IMG/VR virus record: IMGVR_UViG_3300044946_000158 | Location: 1 to 63,134 of that record | Length of the DNA: 63,134 bases | Strand: one strand, 5' to 3' | Source: a virus | Taxonomy: Duplodnaviria > Caudoviricetes | Shown: one piece after another, positions 1 to 7,294 of the stretch | Layout: every line of letters begins with the position of its first letter | Position numbering within the stretch: the first letter of the stretch is position 1 | Notes under the pieces: model-generated | Told to the model about the DNA's origin: nothing | Database searches by the model: none | The model's input: the letters and a program-made list of their open reading frames with translations, nothing else | Position numbers and translations under genes: made by a program

Positions 1-127
1 TACCCCCAAAAACGGACTTTGAGGAGCGCAAGCGATGACCTTTGAAGAGACGCCGTTTAACAAGTGGTTCAAATCCTATGAGCCGATTAAGTTCTATCCT
101 GGTAGAGAAATAGACGCGCAAGCCGCT
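1..127. repeat. Terminal direct repeat copy 1 (assembly circularisation overlap)
   Basis: Identical to 63008-63134; 127 nt matches a common maximal assembler k-mer. Confidence 0.95.
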
Positions 128-415
128 TGGGACGCCGCCACCTACGCAGCCTCTTCTCAGGAGCACCCTGTGATGACAGGAGTAAACGAACAAATTATGG
201 TTTGCCAGTGCCATGCTTGCACGCAGGCCCGTCTGTCCCAATTGGAACGTGCCGCACTAGTAGAAAAGGCCTACGCAGCCAACGTGGCCGCGGGAGACGC
301 CAGCAACGAAGCCGAGAAGGATGCTAGGCGCAAGGAGGCCAGTGCCGCCAACCCTGATGGGGAATCGTATGCCAATGAGATTGAGAGCGCATTTGGACTA
401 AAGGAGCCCCAATGA
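35..415 (+). CDS. hypothetical early protein (AQAAWDAA motif, CxCxxC)
   Basis: SD GAGGAG at 21-26; ATG overlaps the stop of the 62803-63045 ORF across the circular junction. Confidence 0.75.
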   Translation: MTFEETPFNKWFKSYEPIKFYPGREIDAQAAWDAATYAASSQEHPVMTGVNEQIMVCQCHACTQARLSQLERAALVEKAYAANVAAGDASNEAEKDARRKEASAANPDGESYANEIESAFGLKEPQ

Positions 416-795
416 TTTTCGGAACCGTGCTATTCCTGTTCGTGGTCTTCGTGTTTAGCTTGGAAGTAGGACTTGGATTGGACCGTAATAGCTACTCCGC
501 CAAGTTCCAGGCCAGAATGAATGCGGTGGACGAGCGAACCTTCAACATCGTGAGCCAGCTCGGACACGCTGCGGGAGGTCTCGCGTGCGCGTGGGGCTCG
601 TACATGTTCTGGGGCCAGCACGGCGCGCTCTGGTCCATGCTGGTACTAGCGACCCTCGTAGGCATCAAAGAGTGGTGGTGGGATAATAAGTACGAATCCG
701 CCGAGGTCCGCGGCAGCAACCTGCTGGACTGGTCCATGTGGATGGCCGGCAGCGCGGTGGCCAACCTCGCGGTGTGGTTGCGTCTGAAATATTAG
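412..795 (+). CDS. multi-pass membrane protein
   Basis: SD AAGGAG, ATGA overlap; 3-4 hydrophobic helices; H...KE.WD...D polar motif. Confidence 0.75.
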   Translation: MIFGTVLFLFVVFVFSLEVGLGLDRNSYSAKFQARMNAVDERTFNIVSQLGHAAGGLACAWGSYMFWGQHGALWSMLVLATLVGIKEWWWDNKYESAEVRGSNLLDWSMWMAGSAVANLAVWLRLKY

Positions 796-815
796 TACCA
801 GCGTGTGATTGACGC

Positions 816-844
816 TTGACATACCGCGTGTTCGGGTGTACTGT
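816..844 (+). promoter_or_regulatory. sigma70-like promoter for the replication module
   Basis: TTGACA(816-821)-17 nt-TACTGT(839-844) in an intergenic gap. Confidence 0.65.
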
Positions 845-863
845 CACGCGGCTGGATACAACG

Positions 864-1052
864 ATGGATACAACTAAAAACGGTGGACGACCTCGGCGGG
901 TGCGTTGCAAGCGCTGCGGATATTCTTGGATACCCACTAAATTTGGCTCGCCACCATTGCGATGCGCTAAGTGCCGGACGCCATACTGGTGGAAACGGAA
1001 GACCCGCCCCGCGAGTGGGCACGATCACGAGGAGGTACGAGCCAATGGCTAG
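864..1052 (+). CDS. small C4 zinc-finger protein
   Basis: CKRCGYSW...PLRCAKCRTPYW; ATG at 864 lies downstream of the promoter. Confidence 0.7.
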   Translation: MDTTKNGGRPRRVRCKRCGYSWIPTKFGSPPLRCAKCRTPYWWKRKTRPASGHDHEEVRANG

Positions 1053-2082
1053 AAGTGGATGTCTGTACGGGGGAACTGGAAGTAGAAAAACGACTCAACT
1101 CAAGTACCTCGCCCACTACATCGCCAAGACGACCGGTAAGTCGATGCTCCTGCTCTCGTGCGACGGTGGCGGCTGGGCTCCGTGTCAGCCCGAAGTAGAC
1201 GCCGGGATGATCCTGCCGTATCGCGTCGAGACCTCGACCATTCCGCTCGCCATCCTACGTAACATCTCGCGTGGCTACTGGCCGAAGGACGCAAGCGAAA
1301 CGCGGCCGAGCAAGATCAACCTCCTCCCGATCGACTGGACCCAAGTCGGCGGCGTGGCGGTGGAAGGCTGGACCTCCATCTCGCAGGTGGTGATGCGCTA
1401 TCTCCCGGACGCCGGCATCTCGGTCGGCGGCGAGGAACGCAACAAGCTCGGCGGGTTCTCGCAGGACATGTACGTCGAGGGCGAAATCAAGCGCTCGGAA
1501 TTCCGCAGCAACACGCGCGGCGATTACGGCTTCGTGCAGAATTTCCTCTACGGCCTAGTGATGAACTTCGGCGCATTACCGTGTGCATACGTGTGTCACA
1601 CCGCGCTGGAGTCCAAGACCGAGGACGACGACCGCTCGACCACCTTCGGCCCCGCGATATCCGGCAAGAAAGCGACCGCACAATGCGGCGCGTGGGTAGG
1701 CGACCTCATCCACGCGCAGGATTATTCGCAGCCGCGCACCGTGCGCGTCCCAGACCCGGCGGACGCGACCAAAACGGTGGACCAGGTCATTATGGACATG
1801 ACCGTGCGCTTTCATTACAAGAAGCATCCCGACCCGGCTACCGGCGTGCCATTCCCGGCTAAGCCTCGCGTTACGCCGGAGCAGATGGCCGCGCTGGAGA
1901 AACGATTCCCAGGGGGATACTTTGAGCCCACGTCGGACGGCCAGAACACGTTCGCCACGTATCTAGAAGAGGTGGACCGCCTCAGTGCATCACAGGGCGA
2001 TACTTTGAAAGGCTGGCGCGAGAAGATGGATTCCAAGCTGGGCCGAGGCCCGGTAGTGGTGGCGAAGGAGGCAGCGAAATGA
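1045..2082 (+). CDS. AAA_24/Sak4-like P-loop ATPase (recombination/annealing)
   Basis: SD GGAGG at 1031; LYGGTGSRKTT Walker A-like, VAVEG Walker B-like, TA-E, GPAISGK motifs; neighbours an SSB-like gene. Confidence 0.75.
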   Translation: MARSGCLYGGTGSRKTTQLKYLAHYIAKTTGKSMLLLSCDGGGWAPCQPEVDAGMILPYRVETSTIPLAILRNISRGYWPKDASETRPSKINLLPIDWTQVGGVAVEGWTSISQVVMRYLPDAGISVGGEERNKLGGFSQDMYVEGEIKRSEFRSNTRGDYGFVQNFLYGLVMNFGALPCAYVCHTALESKTEDDDRSTTFGPAISGKKATAQCGAWVGDLIHAQDYSQPRTVRVPDPADATKTVDQVIMDMTVRFHYKKHPDPATGVPFPAKPRVTPEQMAALEKRFPGGYFEPTSDGQNTFATYLEEVDRLSASQGDTLKGWREKMDSKLGRGPVVVAKEAAK

Positions 2083-2459
2083 GGTTGAGTGACGCAATTG
2101 CAACCGGAAGAGTGCTGATTAAGGATTTGAAGCCTGCGACGCTGAAGGGTTGCGTAATTGGAATGGCCTGCATGGGTGTAGGAACCGAGGCTTTGCTTAA
2201 AGCCGTGCAGATAGAAAGTTACTACGAAATTTATCACTACTGGCCTTGGTTACGAAATGCAACTCTTAGCCCAGTAGACGGTGGCGTACATGATGGGATG
2301 GAAGTAATTTACTCAATTTTTGACTTCCATGTGATGCGTAAAGGTGATTGGACCCTCGACCAACTCATCGACTGGGTCCGCAGCGTCGAGCCCGCCGAGC
2401 GCGAAGTCATCAATATTTCCATAGCATCACCTAATCTAAAAGAGGAGGCAATCAGATAA
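2079..2459 (+). CDS. hypothetical protein
   Basis: SD AAGGAGG, ATGA overlap; C-terminal WTLDQLIDWVRSVE. Confidence 0.75.
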   Translation: MRLSDAIATGRVLIKDLKPATLKGCVIGMACMGVGTEALLKAVQIESYYEIYHYWPWLRNATLSPVDGGVHDGMEVIYSIFDFHVMRKGDWTLDQLIDWVRSVEPAEREVINISIASPNLKEEAIR

Positions 2460-3196
2460 TGGCTACACCATTCGGAAGTCCCATTCAAGATGAACCGGAA
2501 CACCACGATGACCCGCAGCAGCAACTGGACGCGGAGGTCGCGGATCTCGATCCCAACGACCCGCGCCTCACCTCGGAAGCGTTAGACGTTAACCCCGAGG
2601 GCGACGCTTACGCCCGCCAGCCCCTGCCGCCGGACGCCAAGTATCGCGCCAAGCTGAAGCTGCTGAAGGTGAAAGACGCCACCGGAGCGGAGCACGATTT
2701 CCTGCCGAAGATGCACAAGAAATCGGGTACCGCCTACGCGTTTACCAGCATCGTCGCGACCATCGAGGATGCGAGCGGCAAATATGACGGGGTACCCGTG
2801 TACGACTCGTGGGTCGGCACCTTCATGAACAAGGACAAGTCCCACAAGGTCGGCACCATCATCCGGCTGCTGAAAGACCCGGCTGGCCAGCCGTGGGTCA
2901 AGCCCGGCGAGCGCCTGAATCACAAGCAGTGGATGGAGCGATTTGTGAAGGTCCTCGCGGGCGAGCCGGAGGTCGGGATTGAAACGCAGTGGGAGTGGTC
3001 CTGCCAGGCCTGTGGCAAGGCGGCTAAGGATAAGAACGAGGCCTATCCGAAGTCGATCACCGGCATGCATCGCTTCCCGCCGCTGCGAGGCGGGGGATTC
3101 GACCCGGAGATGCGCTGTGCCGTCAACCCGGCGCATGGATTCTCGCGTGCGCGGGTGCGCATGTCGCGCGTATTACCCTTGTCCGAGGTCAAGTAA
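2459..3196 (+). CDS. putative single-stranded DNA-binding protein (DUF669-like) with Cys/His zinc insert
   Basis: SD GAGGAGG; acidic N-terminus, PLPPDAKY motif typical of phage OB-fold SSBs that follow AAA_24 genes; CxxC...C...H. Confidence 0.55.
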   Translation: MATPFGSPIQDEPEHHDDPQQQLDAEVADLDPNDPRLTSEALDVNPEGDAYARQPLPPDAKYRAKLKLLKVKDATGAEHDFLPKMHKKSGTAYAFTSIVATIEDASGKYDGVPVYDSWVGTFMNKDKSHKVGTIIRLLKDPAGQPWVKPGERLNHKQWMERFVKVLAGEPEVGIETQWEWSCQACGKAAKDKNEAYPKSITGMHRFPPLRGGGFDPEMRCAVNPAHGFSRARVRMSRVLPLSEVK

Positions 3197-3206
3197 GCGC
3201 AACAGG

Positions 3207-3295
3207 ATTCCGCTGATCCCATAGCAGCGGGATAAGCTGGCATCGCTCGCACAGAGACCCCACGTCTCTGGCGGGGACAGCGGTGCCAGCGGAAT
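3207..3295 (+). ncRNA. candidate structured intergenic RNA with alternative pairings
   Basis: ATTCCGCTG(3207-15) can pair with CAGCGGGAT(3225-33) or CAGCGGAAT(3287-95); GCTGGCATCGCT/AGCGGTGCCAGC stem encloses CAGAGAC/GTCTCTG. Confidence 0.4.
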
Positions 3296-3304
3296 TTCTC
3301 TAGG

Positions 3305-4186
3305 ATGGACGATGCAATGAGTCTGAAGAATCTAAAATACGTCGGCTACACGGAGGTCGCGAAGCCTGAGAATGATGGGTGGCGTTGCGACCCGGTGGAG
3401 GATGCCGTGCGTGCGTATCGTGAAGGCACCGCGCTCGCACCGGACCCGATGTTCTCGGATATGATTAAGCGGGGGATGGTGTGGGTACCCGCGCGCATGC
3501 AGGAGTTCTTTGGCGTGGATTTCGCGTACTCGACCATCACGAATGCTTTCCTAGAGTCATCGTCAATGTGGGCTCGGATTCATGGCATAACCGCTCCCGA
3601 ACCCGAGCCGGAACCGCCTCCGCCGCTTGAGCCGGAGTTCGAAGTGAACATGGTGGAGGCGCTGGTCGGCTGGAAAGCGTGGACCATCGACAAGGGGCAT
3701 CTGTTCAGCGTTAGCGTATCCAGTGCGCGATGGCTGCCGGACCAGCCGCTGGTGGCCCATTGCGCCGTAAGGCATACGTATCCTACGCATCCTAAGCACG
3801 CCGAGTGTCCCATCGAGAACTGCTCCTGCGGCATCTACGGAGCCGCCACCCGCGAGTCCGCCGAAGAGTACATCGACCAGGCCGAAGAGTTCGTGGGCCT
3901 CGTGTATGGTTGGGGCCGCTACGTTCGCAGCGACAAGGGCTGGCGTGCGCAGTATGCCTATCCGAAGGCTTTTTACTTGTCTGCGGACCAAGAGTCGCTC
4001 GTCGCTGCTCTCAAGCCCTTTCACGTGCCCATTCACATCGAGCAGCCTGTGCTCGCCTATTCCCCCGAGGAGGACGGTTATGAACATCGGAACGACGAAG
4101 CGGATTGGTATAGCGGAGCCTGTGAAGTCCCCGTTGCCAGCGAAGATTCCAACGACGCAAAAGACGCCAGCGACACGGAAGATTGA
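3305..4186 (+). CDS. hypothetical phage protein with VGWKAW...CSCGIY...GWRAQYA domain
   Basis: 293-aa ORF; motif set recurs in uncharacterised phage proteins. Confidence 0.75.
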   Translation: MDDAMSLKNLKYVGYTEVAKPENDGWRCDPVEDAVRAYREGTALAPDPMFSDMIKRGMVWVPARMQEFFGVDFAYSTITNAFLESSSMWARIHGITAPEPEPEPPPPLEPEFEVNMVEALVGWKAWTIDKGHLFSVSVSSARWLPDQPLVAHCAVRHTYPTHPKHAECPIENCSCGIYGAATRESAEEYIDQAEEFVGLVYGWGRYVRSDKGWRAQYAYPKAFYLSADQESLVAALKPFHVPIHIEQPVLAYSPEEDGYEHRNDEADWYSGACEVPVASEDSNDAKDASDTED

Positions 4187-4208
4187 AAAGGTACCCGCAC
4201 GAGTTTGA
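4080..4208 (+). CDS. small protein MNIGTTKRIGIAEP...
   Basis: Strong SD GAGGAGG 7 nt upstream of ATG 4080; overlaps the 3' end of the previous gene. Confidence 0.5.
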   Translation: MNIGTTKRIGIAEPVKSPLPAKIPTTQKTPATRKIEKVPARV

Positions 4209-4236
4209 GCAGTTCAAATCGCAATGAGGAGGCATC

Positions 4237-4506
4237 ATGAGCAGCACCACCAGCACCAGCCGTGGCAGCAAACTATCCCGCAGCATCCAGTTCTTCCGCG
4301 AGGCCAGCTACGATGAGGCCCGCGTGGCGCATATACTGGTCAATGAAATCATGGCCGAGCGCACTCGGCGACAGGGGGACAAGGAGGCTAAGACGCCCGC
4401 GCCTAGAGCGGTACGAGCCCGGAAGCCGAAAGTTGCGGTCGCGGCTGCGAAGCCCTTGGACCCGGCCAGTGACTTCGCGGCGAGTGAGTCGCTGGCGAAC
4501 GCTTAG
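4237..4506 (+). CDS. hypothetical protein
   Basis: SD GAGGAGG; basic tail. Confidence 0.75.
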   Translation: MSSTTSTSRGSKLSRSIQFFREASYDEARVAHILVNEIMAERTRRQGDKEAKTPAPRAVRARKPKVAVAAAKPLDPASDFAASESLANA

Positions 4507-4509
4507 CCA

Positions 4510-4959
4510 ATGGCGAATATACCGGATGGGCGTACGCCTTTCGACTTTCCTGCGTCCTACGAAACCTTCGACGCCGAGAAAGTGAGTCTGTACGTTCAGG
4601 CTGCTGTGAGCCAGGATTACGCGGGCCTTGGAAGCACCTTGAAGTTCAGGTCATTGTTGCAGGCTCACGTGGACAATATGGTCATGCAGATTACTGGCTG
4701 GTGCGCAGCTGGTCGGATTCCCAGTAACACAGTGACAGAGACCGTGGAGTATCCCGATGGCCCGTGGCAGGCCCTATGGGAAGTGTACGCACCGGAATGG
4801 TGCAAGAGCCGCTGGCCCACGAAGATGAAGTCCCATCATATAGACAAGGTAACTAATCACTATTTCGTGTGTCCCCACCTGCCTTTTCCTGACAGCGACA
4901 GGGACACGCATATACGATTCATGATGACGGCTCGCGGGTCAGCTAACAGGCCGTGGTGA
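4510..4959 (+). CDS. hypothetical protein
   Basis: Tightly packed ORF, 149 aa. Confidence 0.7.
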   Translation: MANIPDGRTPFDFPASYETFDAEKVSLYVQAAVSQDYAGLGSTLKFRSLLQAHVDNMVMQITGWCAAGRIPSNTVTETVEYPDGPWQALWEVYAPEWCKSRWPTKMKSHHIDKVTNHYFVCPHLPFPDSDRDTHIRFMMTARGSANRPW

Positions 4960-4976
4960 TATGGGAGGAGGCGGGG

Positions 4977-5111
4977 ATGGATAACTACAACTGGACGTTC
5001 TTAAGTAGGGTAGGAGAAGAACCGTGGAATGTTCTTAGTCCATTTATCCAAAGGTACTACGGAGAGATTGTTGCTGGGGCGATTGAGGCTTGGCTGGTGG
5101 TGATGGGATGA
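4977..5111 (+). CDS. small hypothetical protein (44 aa, MDNYNWTFLSR...)
   Basis: SD GGAGGAGG; TGA overlaps the helicase ATG; below the ORF-track cutoff. Confidence 0.55.
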   Translation: MDNYNWTFLSRVGEEPWNVLSPFIQRYYGEIVAGAIEAWLVVMG

Positions 5112-6445
5112 TACCGGAGCCCGACCAATTCGCCGCGCTGGACGCTCTGGTGGAAGACGACGCCGGAGAGACTCAGGCCGTTTCGTGCCATTTCATCAGC
5201 GGCAAAGCCGGGACCGGAAAAACGTTCAGCGTGGTGAAACGTTGCGCCGATGAGCCCGGCTGGGGCGTGCTATCCGCAACTACCGGCATCGCTTCGATTA
5301 ATCTCGGCAGCATTACGCTAAACAGTTTACTAAAGTACTTCAACACGGACAGTCTGCGCGATTCACTTCTCTCAGGGGCCTTGTCACGCATCATCCACCA
5401 GAAGTTGCAGCACGTGCGCAATATCGTAATCGACGAATTCAGCATGATGTCCGGTACGCAACTCGATTACCTGTATCGTGGAGTGGAAGCCGCGAACCGC
5501 TACACGTCGCGTCAAGGTAATCCACTTGGCATTGTGGGCGTCGGCGATTTCGGGCAACTTTGTCCTGTAAAGGAACCGTGGGCATTCGAAGCCCAGTGCT
5601 GGCTGCAGTTCGCCCGGAACACCACGCGTCTCGACAAGGTCTGGCGTCAGGACGGCGGCCCGTTTCTCGACGCGCTGAACCTCGTGCGCGAAGGCCACGG
5701 CGCGGACGCCGCCGATGTGTTGGACGCGGCAGGCATCACCTGGCACACCGCGCGCCACACCGATTTCGACGGCACCACCATCGTCCCGGTGAACTCGCTC
5801 GTGTCGACGCACAACGACGTGGCGCTGGACAGGGTGCCCGGCCCGCGATTCACGGTGACCTCCCGCCGCTGGGGGATGCAGCGCCGCGAGTGGGGCGAAA
5901 ATGTCAGGACGCACGAGTGGGGCATACCACCGCGCGCCGAGTTCAAGATTGGTGCCTATGTGATGATCCTCACGAATGACACGCCGCATTTCTCATATGT
6001 AAACGGCGATTGCGGGCATATTCGCGAGCACAACGATTACGGCTCTACCATCGAACTGGTGCGCAACGGCGAGGTCGTGTCGGTCCCGCGTCTGGTGCGC
6101 TCGGTCCCCGCCGACCGTCCCGACGATTACCCCCACGGCGGCCCCCGGCTCGATGACCGCGATTTCGTAGGACATCCGTTCGTGTCGACCAAGGGGAAGT
6201 ACATCGCGGGGCAGATTGAGTACGCACCGCTGCGGTTAGCGTATGCGTCGTCTTGTCATAAAAGCCAAGGGCTGTCTCTTGATCGGGCGCAGGTAGATAT
6301 ACGACATTCATTTTTCGGGTCGCCGGCCATGCTCTACGTCGCAATTTCCAGATGCCGCTCGCTCGCGGGTCTGCGTCTAGTGGGCTCGCGGGATAAATTT
6401 ATTCAACAATGTAAGGTAGATGAAAGGACGCGACCATGGCTCTGA
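5108..6445 (+). CDS. PIF1/RecD-like SF1B DNA helicase
   Basis: GKAGTGKT, IVIDEFSM, GDFGQLCPV, WRQ, NGDCG, PLRLAYA..HKSQG, YVAISR motifs. Confidence 0.92.
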   Translation: MIPEPDQFAALDALVEDDAGETQAVSCHFISGKAGTGKTFSVVKRCADEPGWGVLSATTGIASINLGSITLNSLLKYFNTDSLRDSLLSGALSRIIHQKLQHVRNIVIDEFSMMSGTQLDYLYRGVEAANRYTSRQGNPLGIVGVGDFGQLCPVKEPWAFEAQCWLQFARNTTRLDKVWRQDGGPFLDALNLVREGHGADAADVLDAAGITWHTARHTDFDGTTIVPVNSLVSTHNDVALDRVPGPRFTVTSRRWGMQRREWGENVRTHEWGIPPRAEFKIGAYVMILTNDTPHFSYVNGDCGHIREHNDYGSTIELVRNGEVVSVPRLVRSVPADRPDDYPHGGPRLDDRDFVGHPFVSTKGKYIAGQIEYAPLRLAYASSCHKSQGLSLDRAQVDIRHSFFGSPAMLYVAISRCRSLAGLRLVGSRDKFIQQCKVDERTRPWL

Positions 6446-6810
6446 GACTAACGTGGGACCTCATCATAATCCGCTGGCTGCTGATGTTCGTGGGAATCGC
6501 GACGATAATAATATGGCTGGTGTCGGCGCACGCGCAGGACAAGCCCCCCGCCGCGCCGACGCTCACCCCCACCGAGGTCCAATCGCTTCGCCTGCAGGTC
6601 CGCCAGAAGGACGCAGTAATAGCTAAACAGGCTCTCGACAGCGCGCAGGCCAAGTTCCAGCAGGCGCTCGCGGATCTCAACGCCGAGGCCGAACGTGTCA
6701 AGACCGAAAATAAGTGGGATAAAAGTGTGGCCTTTGACATGAACGACCTCCATTTTACCGCCGTGGCTAAGGAGCCTGCGAAGGATAAGGCGGCGGCGGT
6801 GAAGCCATGA
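6436..6810 (+). CDS. exported coiled-coil protein
   Basis: Hydrophobic N-terminus ending AHA|QD; heptad-like helical body. Confidence 0.7.
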   Translation: MALRLTWDLIIIRWLLMFVGIATIIIWLVSAHAQDKPPAAPTLTPTEVQSLRLQVRQKDAVIAKQALDSAQAKFQQALADLNAEAERVKTENKWDKSVAFDMNDLHFTAVAKEPAKDKAAAVKP

Positions 6811-7022
6811 GCGGCCAGTGGCCCAGCGACAACCCTCCGGTCATCCAGACGCCCAACGGCCCGGTCACCGAATGGTGTCGTAAGCAGGCCGCCTGGAATC
6901 AGCGCGACAACCCTGCCTTGCGCGAGCAGATCATCGCCATGATCGCCATCGAATTGCACCTCGGGTATGAGGACGCGCTACGGGAGCACAAGCGGCGATT
7001 TCCTGAAAGTTGGTCACTATGA
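6807..7022 (+). CDS. hypothetical protein
   Basis: ATGA overlaps at both ends. Confidence 0.6.
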   Translation: MSGQWPSDNPPVIQTPNGPVTEWCRKQAAWNQRDNPALREQIIAMIAIELHLGYEDALREHKRRFPESWSL

Positions 7023-7294
7023 GAGACGCAATCGGCAACAAACTCCACGAAGGCGCACTCCTGTGGATGCAGCAATGGGGCTGCATCGCCAAGGTCACGC
7101 GATTACACGAAGGCGGCCTGTCGGTTGTCTCCGGCAACTCGCGGGAGGTCTCGCCGGCGGTCATCACTGTGGAGATTCAGATTCCCATCTCCATCGAGCC
7201 GGGCAAGGCGGGGCAGGAACCGTTGCTCAATGGAATCCTGTGCGTGCGCGATCCGCAGAGCGAGCGGGTGCTAGAGAGTGTCGTCAAGCAATGA
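7019..7294 (+). CDS. hypothetical protein (RDAIGNKLHEG, SH3-like)
   Basis: ATGA overlaps at both ends. Confidence 0.65.
   Translation: MRDAIGNKLHEGALLWMQQWGCIAKVTRLHEGGLSVVSGNSREVSPAVITVEIQIPISIEPGKAGQEPLLNGILCVRDPQSERVLESVVKQ

Noticed and set aside
1-127. Biological terminal repeat
   Set aside because: The length equals a typical assembler k-mer and the repeat cuts through coding sequence; treated as a circularisation overlap
883-1044. N-terminal extension of the ATPase ORF
   Set aside because: Overlaps the zinc-finger gene; SD-supported ATG at 1045
6967-7290. N-terminal 108 aa of the 1110-aa polymerase ORF
   Set aside because: Overlaps a coherent gene (7019-7294); the UDG Cys motif begins right after ATG 7291
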